Origin: Eledone cirrhosa
Lineage: Eukaryota
Length of the DNA: 64,000 nucleotides
NCBI GenBank assembly: GCA_964016885.1
Contig: OZ024740.1
Coordinates: 52,142,001 to 52,206,000 of the forward strand
Direction: 5' to 3'
The position numbers and the translations under genes were made by a program. Below the pieces are notes generated by a model that saw nothing but the letters and a program-made list of their open reading frames with translations, was not told the DNA's origin and searched no databases. Shown piece after piece: positions 26,631 to 38,957 of the stretch. Every line of letters begins with the position of its first letter. The stretch's first letter is position 1.

Positions 26631-27259
26631 ATATTTATCGAATATTTAGACAGCGTAATCGCCCAGATATACAGTTAATTAAACAGAATTAGGTGTAAAA
26701 TAAACTAGGAGAAAAGAGAATACATTTATTTACCTCTACCATGGTTTCGTCCGCATTTTGAAATTTCCAATAACTTTGGAAACTCGAGCATCGGACTCTT
26801 CAGGAGTTTGCTCTAATCTAGACAATAAATTTTCCAAAGTGATCGCGCCAAGAATACATTCAAAAATTGCTAAGAATCGTGACGTAGCAGCGGTCAGGTT
26901 GGAAGGAGTGTGGTAGTTGCTTACGGCTGGTGGTTCTTTGCTAGAAAGCACAGCACAATACAGCCAAATTTGTATCTCAACCTAATGGGAGATTATTACA
27001 TATAAAGGTTTACATATATATATACATACATATACGTGTTTTGCAACGGGTCACTTTGTGGCTCAATGAGAAGTTAATAAATTAAATAATCAGAGCTATA
27101 TATCATAAAACATGTCTATAGAATTACCAGATAAAATATATACCATTTTCTCTCCCAATTAGCATAATCAACTATATAAAAAATCGAATAGACCAGGCTA
27201 TAAGAATAAGGCTTCTATGAATAAATCTCCAACAAATAACCGAAACTAGCCCTTCGCGT
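26631..27259 (-). mobile_element. HHR-bearing retrozyme-like element, copy B, near unit length (HHR 26734-26806)
   Basis: Begins ACGCGAAGGG and ends TCGATAAATAT, which are ~13 nt apart in copies A and C; core with perfect GTCCG/CGGAC; (TA)n flanks. Confidence 0.78.
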
Positions 27260-27289
27260 ATATATATATATACACATATATATATATAT

Positions 27290-27515
27290 ATATACATATG
27301 TGAATCACTACCTCCTCACGGACAACTGACGCTGCACACCAGGTCCGAACACAGAAGTGACGAATTCCCACTGTCATCGCCTCCATCTCTCCCGCCCCAT
27401 CTCTCTGTATTATGAGCAAATGAGGTCTCACGTGCTGGCAGCCCCATGGCCCCAGCAGACAGAATGGGGGAGGCGTTTCCCCGGAGAATGATAAGGGAGA
27501 TGTGCTGGAGATGGA
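27290..27515 (-). mobile_element. CRE-clade retrotransposon 3' end with 3'UTR running into (TA)n
   Basis: LQHISLIILRGNASPILSAG, similar to 1677-1795; terminal ~40 bp also present at 26338-26377 (+). Confidence 0.55.
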
Positions 27516-27568
27516 CAGTGTCAAAGGATGAAATGAGAATGGGTGGAGAAAGAACGGAAGAAGCGAAA

Positions 27569-28105
27569 CAGTCTGGAACCCCTATCTTGCTCAGTACATT
27601 GACCTCCTGGAAACTGTTCAGAGACGTGCAACCAAGCGAATACCCTCCATCAGGCATCTACCATACTCTGAACGCCTTGCTTCCCTGGCCATGGATACAT
27701 TGAAGCTCCGACGTCTGGCAACTGACTTGGTAAACACCCACAAAATTATTAACCCTCTTGCCAACAACAACCCTGAGCACCTTTTTGATTTCCATGTGTC
27801 TAACACACGTGGGCATGCCCACAAAGTCAGAAAACAGCGCAGCTCCCATGACTTTCGGTTACATTTTATCACACTCAGAGTTGCTGAAGCATGGAACAAA
27901 CTACCTGCATCAGTTATTAGCTGTCAAGACACTGCATCCTTTAAAACCCCCATGCTTCCTAAGATTAGCCAACACTACATGTATATCATGACTCATACAC
28001 TATTCACTTCCCTGACATTTGTATATTATTCTATGTACTATACATGCACCTTTGACGAGTTGTAGTGCACCTGAGTACTGTACACAATAATTTCATTATC
28101 ATTAT
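27569..28105 (+). mobile_element. CR1-type LINE 3' fragment
   Basis: VWNPYLAQYIDLLETVQRRATKRIP..YSERL..LKLRRL..TRGH..RVAEAWNKLP; short-repeat tail CATTAT. Confidence 0.85.
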
Positions 28106-28119
28106 CAGAATAAAATAAT

Positions 28120-28295
28120 TGGTTCTACTTTAGGCACAAGGCCAGCAATTATATCAGTACATTACTGGTACTTTATTTTATCGACCCCGTAAGGATGAAA
28201 GACAAAGTTAACCTCGGCGGGATTTGAACTCAGACTGTAAAGGGGCATAACTCTATTCTGCAAAGCATGGCGTCCGACCCTCTACCGATACTGCC
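28120..28295 (-). mobile_element. Meta-domain-like SINE
   Basis: Same family as 1356-1538. Confidence 0.85.
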
Positions 28296-28412
28296 TGACA
28301 GATTAATGGGAGAAAGTCAAAAGTTGGGAAGACAAAAGGAAATGTCGGGTAGATGTGTAGAATAGGGTCATAATGGCTGGTGTCACTATGATTGCATCTA
28401 TATATAAATTTC

Positions 28413-28575
28413 TGCGATTCTCTCACAACACGTAAGAGAGAGAGGAGTAGTTTGACTACCCCATGCTACTCCTCTCTCTTTGCGTCTCTCACCCAGGCAG
28501 CAGACGTAAATAGAGAGGAGTAGTATGAGGCAGTCAAACTACTCCTCTCTCTTTACGTGTTGTGACAGAATTGCA
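28413..28575. repeat. Nested (double) inverted repeat, MITE-like
   Basis: ~75-bp arms are reverse complements; each arm holds its own AGAGAGGAGTAG/CTACTCCTCTCT hairpin. Confidence 0.85.
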
Positions 28576-28919
28576 TTGTAAATGTTTGTGTGTGTGTTTG
28601 TGTGAATGTATGTGTGTGAGTGTGTATTTTTGTAAGTGTGTCTGTGTTTGCACGTTTATATTTATATACTCATACATATAAATGTATGCATATGCACACA
28701 TATATACACATACGCGTCAGCATGTTGAAAAAAATCCTAGTCGTTTAAAATTGTTCCAAAAGACTGAATCTGTTTAGGTTCAGGAGTTGTTCTCTCTTAC
28801 ATGCTTCTCTGAACACCTTTAACGTTTCGCTTTTGGAATTTCGAGGTTAATCTCAGTTGAATGAAGTTTTTTTTTTCTCAGAGAACTGCACTACTTCACG
28901 TTGACATAGTTCACATTCT

Positions 28920-28983
<64 letters not shown>

Positions 28984-31652
28984 TCAGAACTTACAATATT
29001 AGATTGGTTTGTGAGGAAAATAGTAGTATGAAGGTATACATTCTGCGAACAATTGGCCTGTGGACCTGACTTAACCGTTCGACTGATTGCTTACGTGTTA
29101 CATAGATCCAGACGGTTAGGGAATGATCTGAGATTAAACAATAATTAAATTCTCAAAGACAAGCAATCTATATAATCAGCGTGGAAGTTTGTCGTGAAAC
29201 AACTTCATTTTTCAACGAATCATTACGAAATTTGGCACGGAGATCCTGATCCATTTTAGAATAATAGACGAAGAAAAAATACTGGTTCTAATCTTCTGTT
29301 AAAATGAAATATGGAGGAATAACAGAAGATGGAGAAACATGAAGACTTTTAATGGAGTGCTAGTGAGAAAAATATAGAAACATAGACAATTGAGTAGGAG
29401 TGTTAGTGGAATGTACAGAATCATTCTAAAATACACTTTCATGTTGTGATGTTAAATACCTCATTTCTCCTTTTTGTACCATGTTTCACTCTATTCTCTG
29501 TCTCTTTCTCCATCTCCCAACGGTTACAAGTATTTGGTGGCTTAAATAACTAATCGTCAACTATATAAATGTATGAATTGATTAATTAGTTGATATCATG
29601 GTGGTCTAAGTTCTAAAACACAAAACAGTATTTTTGTTAATTCACAAAATTGAAATGAACAATAAACAATAAACGCTGTCTCAAGAGCTTCTCACATCAT
29701 AGAAGCCGGAACATAATTCATTTTTAGAAATGCATCTCCATTAGAACAAAAATTAAAAAAATATATTAAGATATTACGTAAAAAATAATTGCATACAAAG
29801 GTGTTATTAATTAAGTCATTTAAAGCTTGAAATTTACATATTAGACACCAAAGCAACGCCGGGTACTACTGGTAACTCCGATAAATAATGGTTTCTTACT
29901 TTGTAATAAAGTCACACATTATTGTAGTTGATATTATTAAACCAGTATATTACAGGTACATATGTTATAGTCACCTGAGATATTTGTCTTCACAGTACAA
30001 ATGGACGTTACTACTTTAATTAAAATGGCGAGTAATTTTCCTTGTTGTCAAGACTTAGTTTTCGTACAGTGGTCTTAAAAACTAGCATTAAAAGTCCGAT
30101 TCCCACACAACTAAATTTCACTATTTAATTTTTCACCAATAAAAATTGCGGAGGTTTCTTCCATGTCTTCCCTGACAAGACTTGCCATAAACACTAATGA
30201 CTTTTCTTCTCATTGCTGATTTAATTTCTAGTGATTAGTGATTTGGCTCACTACATTAAGTATGTCAGATTGTATTAAACTAAACAACATTTGCATGTTC
30301 AGTTCTTCAAACGAACCATATGTTGATTATACAGTGAACCCGTCGCATGCAGCAGTGAGTGCTACCTAGACATGGTATTTACTCTTAATGTCCCGCACTT
30401 CATGAAACCCAACTAGCAAACAGGTTCTTGAACAAATATAAAACAGAACTATGACTACATCACAAAAATTGAAGCTCTGACTCATTACAAATATTTATAA
30501 CAATCTGTCCATTAGTGAAAACTTTAAATATTTGAATTAAAAAATCTATTTTTAGATATTTTTTGCTAAACCATTACAAGATGTTAAGAGTTAATTAAAG
30601 CTAGGGAGACTATGCCAGGGAAACTTAAGTGAGATATCTTTGGTTAGAATATGATTACATTTAGCCATATCGATAGAAAAGGAAGCAGACAAGCAGTCGG
30701 TAGGTGGGTAGCTGGAATCCTGTAACTAGCATTGCTTGGTCTCCGTGTCTGAGATAGTCAACACTCAACATGTCCTGCTAGTTGTAAAAGAATACTACCG
30801 GTTGGCAGTATATTTCTAGTTGATGCAGACAACAGGATACGAAATGATCATTTGCTTGTCCAATTATCGCTTCACAACTGACTTATTATATTAAACGAAA
30901 ATTGAACCCCTGCCATGGCGAAAATTCAGAGACACATTGGCATGGGAAAATAACAACTACAAAACACTGTCATGTGAGTATCTTATATTGCAATCAATAG
31001 CATCAAGTTAAGATATATAACATTTGTGGCTTAAACAGAGATGTACTTGTGTATTGTATTACTATCAAGGAACAAATATAATACGTAAGGTTCATTCAAA
31101 GTAATACGAACATCAACAATGTTGTAATCTTGCAATGTTACTGTATTATATGAAAACAGAATACGAATATTTTCCCGAAGGAAATCGCAGCAAATAACAC
31201 ACACACACTCACACACAAATACACATTTACATATACACACAGCTGTTTTTACAATAGAGTAACATGTTATTATATATATATAAGCACACCATGCCCACAC
31301 GTAAATACATACGTATATATATATACAACCATTAGAAACAACCATTAGAAGTTGGTATTTTAACATTGTTTACGGAGAACAATAAGCGCGCAATAAAGTG
31401 GCTTGAAGACAAAATTTCCATCCGGTTACAGTTTAACATGTCACAACATTTCACACACACACTTATATACTTTTAACGACTGATTATTTTCTCCGAGTTG
31501 ATGTAGTTGTTCAGAGAATGATAGCTGATATTGAATGTCAATTGCGTGGACAATAAGAATACTACCGTCAGCCTAGAGGCGACATAGGGTTTGATAAAGT
31601 ATTAGTTAGCATCATTGGTTCTATCTTTTGCTCATTATCAAGTAATAAATTT

Positions 31653-31838
31653 GGCGGTGGATTGGCAGTATCGGTAGAGGGTCGGACGCCATGCTTTGAT
31701 GCATAGAGTTACGGTCCTTGCCATTCTGAGTTCAAATCCCGCCGAGGTTTACTTTGCCTTTCATCCTTACGGGGTCGATAAAATAAAGTACCAGTAATGC
31801 ACTGGATAATTACTGGCCTTGTGCCAAAAGTAGAAACA
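31653..31838 (+). mobile_element. Full-length Meta-domain-like SINE with 19-bp TSD
   Basis: TSD ATTATCAAGTAATAAATTT at 31634-31652 and 31839-31857. Confidence 0.92.
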
Positions 31839-31903
31839 ATTATCAAGTAATAAATTTATTATCAGTCAATCCTTCGAAAATATATAATATGGTCAGCTTT
31901 GTA

Positions 31904-31945
<42 letters not shown>

Positions 31946-32334
31946 CTCGCGCAAAGATACGTGATGCCGGTAATGGAGCTCAGAACCGTACAAATATAAG
32001 CCGAACAACTACGTCCAGTTCCCACTGATAAGAAACCATAATATCAAGTTACCACCGGACATCAGAAATATGTGTCACTTCAGCTTGTATAGTTCCAGTT
32101 CAGAGTAAATCAACAAGCTATGGTAGAGATCAAAATAAAATACGGTATAAAATAAAATATAAAAATAAAATGTTTGTATGAACTTGTAACTCCCGATATA
32201 GTCGTTGGGTACCATAAGACATATAAAGTAACTAGAGCATTTAAAAACCTGGTGGAGGTCGTCCACTGTTTAGATTTGAACTTAGCCAATTCCTTTCAGA
32301 GAAGGAGAAGGAGAGAGGAAGTGAGAAAGAGATA

Positions 32335-32726
32335 TAAATCGGTCCTATTGTTGGACTGGTACATTTTCATCGACCATGAAAAGATGACAGGTAATGTTGA
32401 ACTCAGTGGGTTTTGAACTTAGAGCGTAGAGAGCTGGAAGGAATACTGCAAAGCATTTTATCCGGTGTTCTAACGACGACGCCTGTTCGCTGCCTCCCTA
32501 TATATATATAATTGTTTCTACTTTTGGCACAAGGCCAGCAATTATCTCGGTGCATAACACCATATAAATACATACATAGTTACATGTATGCCTATGGGAT
32601 GAAGTAGTTAGCTTTACAACCACATGGTTCTCAGTTCAGACCCGCTAATTGGAAGCTTGGGCAAATGTTTAAAATTATAGCCTTAGTCTATTCCAGTTGC
32701 GAGTGGAATTTGGTTGAGGTGGGAGA

Positions 32727-32766
<40 letters not shown>

Positions 32767-33194
32767 CACAAAATAGGTACTACGCTCGATAAAATTTATT
32801 AAATCGATGATCGGTACTTTATTTTATCAACCATGTAATTCAAATGTAATTCAAAGTTGACATCGGAGGGATTTGAACTTAAAATCTAAAGCTCCGGAAC
32901 ATATGTCGCAAACCATTTTATCTGGTGCTCTATTGAATTTGCTCGTCCATCACATTTTTCGTCCGACAACAACAATAACGGTTTCTGATTTAGGAGCAAG
33001 GCCAACAATTTTGAGATTAGGGGAAAGTCGATTAAATCGAATCCAGTTCGTTACTGCTACTATATTTTATCGACTCCTTAAGGATGAAAGACAAAGCTAA
33101 GCTCGGCGGGATTTGAAGTCAGAACGTAATGGCCGTAACTCTATGCTGCAAAGCAGGGCGTCCGATGCTCTATCGATACTGTCTTTCCACCGCA
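32335..33194 (-). mobile_element. Cluster of 3-4 Meta-domain-like SINE copies plus one CORE-like SINE
   Basis: Repeated TTTATCGAC..AAAG..CGGCGGGATTTGAA motifs. Confidence 0.75.
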
Positions 33195-35970
33195 TAATTA
33201 TAATAATAATAATAGCAATAATTTCTTTATTGACCACGAGGCCCGACTTATAGGAGACAATACAAACGACTGGGACAGTGGGGGGTTTACATATATAACG
33301 TGTAAAAAGTATATATAACAATACCAAAATAGCAATAAAAATATAACAATGAAAATTCCCCAATAGGGGGGAATCATCACCCAGAGTCGACTCATGTACC
33401 CCACCAAACCTGAACCAGCCGACGCTTCGAGGGCACACGGAAAGTATACCACTCTCCTCCTCAAATTAACTAGCCTACATGCGCATGCTCACAAAAGGCC
33501 CGTTCACACGGGCCATTCTCACCACATTCACCAACCTTTAAGAAAATACTGGGGGCGGCAGCATTTCTCTCTCCGCCCTCGTCTTCCTTTCCAAGTGAAA
33601 AAGTCGATGAGAGTTGACCGAAGAGAAAAGCGTCTGTCTTCAGTCCTTTCAACCTGGTCCACCATACAACCTCCTTCGCTACTGCCACCAGACAAAGGAA
33701 ATCTGCCTGCCCTTCCCAGCCAAAATATGGCGGCGGGGCGATCTTCATTATGGACTTGGTCGATAACCGGATCCATTTTACACGCGACAACAGCTGTTCA
33801 ACATAACAAGTCAGCAGTACATGGACACGGGACGAGTGCGAGCAGAACAGTTTCGTCGCTCTGCGAGCGTGTCCAGCAGGTCCGGCTGACAGGACTTCGG
33901 TACTTCTGAAAGCACTGCGAGAGATTTTTGGAAGTTATCCATAGTCCCCGGCTCGAAAATCCTCCGGAGCAAACAAGTCAGTTCGACCAACCAACGCGAC
34001 CTGACCCCCCCCCCTCCGAAGTTGAAGAGGAACCGCTCCAGTTTGTTGAGGCGCGAATAGGAGCAAGGCACGACGGTTGGCGGTAGTAGATGACGGACAC
34101 GGTATACGCGTTACCTACTTTCACCTGACCTTTCAGGGACAGCTTTCTCTCGGCCCATTGCTGGGTGAGAATGGCTTCACTGATCGTAACCTCGTCCACT
34201 TCTTATCCACCTGGAGGTCTGGTCCGAACCAAACTCCAAGCAACTTTATTGGTCCGTCTGTCCTGCTCCCGGCGACGCTGTTGGACGGCATGGACTTGCC
34301 TCTCCAGGTGCTGAGCTCCAAATCCACCGACTTTTCCTGGTTAAGCTTCGCTCCCGTCAACTTTTCATATTCCTCCAAGAAGGTGCCGACCACCTCGATT
34401 GGCTATAATTCTCCTTTTAAAGTATATGCCGACACAGCCTTTCCGCGTCCTGCTTCGAGCGGGATGTCCTGCAAGAGCTCCAGCTTCCGCAGAAAATGCT
34501 CGAGAGTCAATACGTACAGAAGGGAGGGGAGAGGGCAGCCTTGACGGACCTATCAGGATATCTGAAACGGTTCCGAAAGATGGCCATTAACTTTGACCAC
34601 TAAGCAGATGCCGCTGTGCAATGCAGCGATCCAGCCTCTGAAGACGGGACCGAAGTCAACTGCATTGAAGACAGCCTCCAGGTACCGATAGTCAACCCTA
34701 TCGAAAGCTTTCGATTGATCTAAATTGATTAGAGCCCCACCGAAGCAAGGTTTACACCCTACCCTCTCTATGATGTATCGCATGAGGTGGAGGTTGTCGG
34801 GTATGGACCTGGTCGCGATTGCGCAAGTTTGTGCCTCCCCTAACGCTAACGAAAAGCTTCATATATCTGCCTGGAATCGTTCAGCTCGCGATCGTTTCGT
34901 TCCGTCAACGACCGAATTGTGGTTTTGTTGCCACGCGGGCTCATCGAACAGCTTAGGTTCCCTCGTTTCTTAGAACACGCGCCTTAGCTCTGACAATGCA
35001 ACCTTCGCGTTTCGCATTGAAGAAATTGACTAATGTCATTCACGTCGCTAGCACGTCAGTTGTAAGGCCACTACAAATAGCCTCGTCTAACTTATCTACC
35101 AACTCCACACTCCTTTCTATTTTTCTCTAACGCTACTTCTTTGCTAAACCCTATCGGCATTACACTAATCTCTCTTTTGAGAGCATACCACCACCTGTTA
35201 TTGACTCGCCTCCTGTCAACGTTTGCTTAACTAAAATTGTTGACCCGGTACCTGTAAGCCTTACGTGCCGGGAATGACATGTTCAGCTTCCAGTAACAAG
35301 GTGCTAACCTGCACGTCTTATCTAGGTCGACAATGCAGATCGCAAATTTGTGTTCTGAATAGGCGATCGTTTGAAAGTGTGGACAACCTACACCATTCTT
35401 ATCTATTGACCTAATGAAAAAAACTATCTATATACGATCTAGTTGATCCTATGCGCTTGGTTCAGGTCCACACTGGCGCTTTAAGGAAATCTAGTCGGTA
35501 CTTGCCAGACAGTTGTTACTGGCTGATCAGGTTCTTGAGGCTTTTGCATCTGGCGCTCCTATCAGCTACTCCCACACAATCCCTGCGTGCGTCTAAGATG
35601 TCATTCCAGTCCGCCGCTAACAGTAAAGAGTGAGACGTTTCCAGAAAAGCTTCCAGGCGCCTAATGAAGTCCACCCGTCCAACCCCGGTCGGTGCGCAGA
35701 GAGCCACCAGTCTAAAGACATGTTCGCTATTGTTCACGTCCAGGACCACCAACTTACCGCCCAGTCCCGGAAGATCGACCTTGCCTCGAGATCCAGGCCT
35801 TTCCTAAACAACACTGCCACCCCACCTCGCATTTCCGGCCGACAAAGAGATGCAAAGATCTGATAGTCGTCGAAAATACGGCTACTGCGCGCGTATCGGA
35901 AATCTTGATCTCGCTGAAGCCAATCACAACGATATCTAGCAAAGGCAATTCCGCGGACAATGACCAGCGA
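33195..35970 (-). mobile_element. Decayed Tx1/L1-clade LINE (APE + RT + C-terminal region)
   Basis: FRLVALCAP..LLAADWN (APE), LINLDQSKAFDRVD, VKVNG..SEPF, KLLGVWFG, GAKLNQEKS; AATAAA and (TTA)n tail. Confidence 0.85.
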
Positions 35971-36949
35971 CTTATTAAATTTCTTTCAAATTTGCAGCAG
36001 AAAATCTGTTTGTGAAACTTAATTTTCCATTCGTGTTTCTTCCATTTTCAAATTAGGTATTACTTATAGCCATTATTAATACATCTCTGTTTTCTAAATA
36101 TCTTCCACTGAAAACTTTAACAATTTATTTTGATATACTGACCAATATACAATTTCATGCTTATTCATACATTTTGCCTCGCCCACTTTCAATGTTTTAC
36201 TCTTTGTTGGCTGTGAAGTATTCTGGAAAGCTTTGGATCATCTAATATAAGGATTGCTTACATTAGCTGAATAACAAACACTTTAAAAGGAGAATTATAG
36301 CCCATTAAATCGACTTGGAATATGACTGCTTATTTTATCGACCGTATATAATTGGAAAACAACTTAACCCTGTCGTGGTTTGAATCTAAAAAGTAACACT
36401 ACACAAGAAAAATATAGCAAAGCAATTTGTACGACATTTTTACTTTCTGCCTCACATATCTCTAGATCACTAGTGGATTGACCTGATAAAGAAAGCTACC
36501 AAATTCACTCGAATCACACTTCTTTTGTCGTAAAACGGGAAATACAAATTTGAGAATGTAGTCGTAAGTACAAAAAGAACAACAAACACACAAAACAAAA
36601 TATAACAGATAATCAAGGAGACAATGCCTCTGATTATAATTTTTTCTGTTCGATCAGGACCAATATGATGTTAAAAAACCTAATATGATAAATAGCGTGC
36701 GTAAACTTTCGATACAAACTAGCGTGACATCATGGCTATTGTTTCGGTGACATCTATTTCATGCAAGTTGTGAGCTAAAGTTTGACACAACACCAGAGAT
36801 TTTGTTGGGGTGGATAGTCAATATATTCATATATATTGAAATTATTGCATTCGATTACTTTTTGTAGTTGATAGGAAATGTAAATTAGATATTTAGAAAC
36901 CGAAGAAAAGATGAAGAAATAGATTGAACAAGGTGATAGGCAGCATGAA

Positions 36950-37215
36950 ACAACACTTATGTTCTATAGAGGATTAGTGAAAGATATGAGCGACGACGAC
37001 TTTGGAGCGGAGGCCAGTGAGTTGACTAGGGCAGTCAGAATAGGCTCTTCTATAGGACTTTCAGGTACGGGATTACGGACAATTTCGAAAAGTCCTTGGC
37101 ATGGCAGTGCTACAGAAGGAGACAAACAGTTCAAGACAAGCTCTACAGGTACGGAAATGCTAACAGTCGGACTTGTACGAGATGCATGCAGGGCGAACAA
37201 ACTGTCCTGTATTCT
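36950..37215 (+). mobile_element. Tx1-like C-terminal fragment
   Basis: FYRGLV.. and GGACAATTTCGAAAAGTCCTTGG similar to 33915-33945 rc and 48845-48870. Confidence 0.55.
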
Positions 37216-38957
37216 GTGTAGTAGATATAACGAAAGAGGCAGTATAGTGGACGAGATTAAAACAGGGACGAGAACAAGGATTTGCTTTATTTTTCTATTT
37301 TGTTCATTAAATATAAGTCTTTGTATAATTTCTTTCTCCTTTTGTTTCGCTAGTTTGTCTGTCGAATGACTGACTCTTAAGATAAACCTAGTTTCCCTTA
37401 ATATTAATGCAGCTACTAAATAAATTAAATCATTCAGTCTAGTTTATTTCTAAGGCCAAAGTTTCTTGCTTGGCTTCTTTACATTTATTTATTCCTTCGT
37501 GGAGTTGTTTATGTAGTTTAGACTGGTGTTTACCTTGATCCGTTCAATGCTACCTTTTTTTCTATAAGGCCTGCTTCAAAGTTTACTTTCGTTGATCTGT
37601 TCTTATTGCATTTATAGTTAAACTGCTGTGGATGCATACTTCCTTGAATATGTTCCTTGGGAAGATTTATGATAATAATCTGCGAAATATCAGCCTTTTA
37701 GCTTTCACGCCAACTCCATATCGAGTCAATGAGAGACTCTCCATCCCTTCATATTCACTCAAGCTGCTAAAGTAACCAAATCTCCTTTAAATCACTCGAA
37801 AATAAAAATCCTTTACATTTCGTAAAGTTGGCTGATGCCTTTTCTACTTAACCAACTGCCAGCACTTGTTAAATCATATATATTGAAATATTTCATACTA
37901 TTATATCGAATGTAGTTTAGCATTTCACAAATATTTAGGACACAACTGGTGCCCGTATTGAAACACCATATTCTGCATTTAGATATTTTACAACGTTTAT
38001 CACATACATTGAAATATTTCACAATTTATATATTCTGTGTTTAAATATTTTACAATGTATATCATATACTGAATCATTTCACAGTATACTGTATATCGTG
38101 GATAGTTAAACATTTCACCGTGTATATGGTGTATATATAACCATTTTATAAAATAAATCATTTGTGTTATTATTTAAGTCCAGATCAGAACTGATTGAAC
38201 AGATCTATCATCAAAGACTTTTCAGCTGTAGCTACTCTATATTGGCTTTAGGAGAGTCTATTTAGGAATACTATAGTCAATGCTACCTTTGATTTCTCAA
38301 GCCTGTAGTGTGCGCATTTCGCTGATTTTAGCAGGTTGAATGACCAAGGAAATACTCTCACCTCATTAATTTTCGTCACTATCTGAGTATATTGTTTTTA
38401 TTCAGTTAATCGAAATTCCAAAGCCAGGAGTCCTAAATCGCGATTTCCACCCTATTTCCACTATCTGTTCTGTGAGACCTCTCGAGCTTTTCGGGCTCGA
38501 TCTCACTGCACAGCACCTTGTGTAAAAATCTAGAGCCAAAGCCCCAACACACTAAAGTAGCTAAAATTTGGTAGTCGGTAACTGTGTGGACCCACGTTCG
38601 AGGTACCCTTTCTAATTAATACAGGCATCTGGCTTTTGGGTGCCTTTAAATTCTGTGGCAATCATTCGGGTTGATCATTGGTTTGAGATTAACTCCATAT
38701 TTCTAAAGTCAAAGGCCACAAAAGGGTCATTATTCTTTTGAGTAAACGATAAGAATTAAAATAAAAACAAAGTAAAATGAAGTATTGTAAAATAGTTTTC
38801 TCAAGTTAAAATAGTTTTCAAGAAAAGAATAAAACTAAAACGTTAAATATGATAACTTTACTGGACTTGATCGATTATTAAACACATATTTACGCAGAAA
38901 GTTCTTATTGTTTGTAAATGTATGCACATTCAATTTATATATATATATATATATATA

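Noticed and set aside
26736-26951. 71-aa ORF inside the 647-nt HHR element
   Set aside because: Frame not kept in copy C (indels) and no recognisable motif
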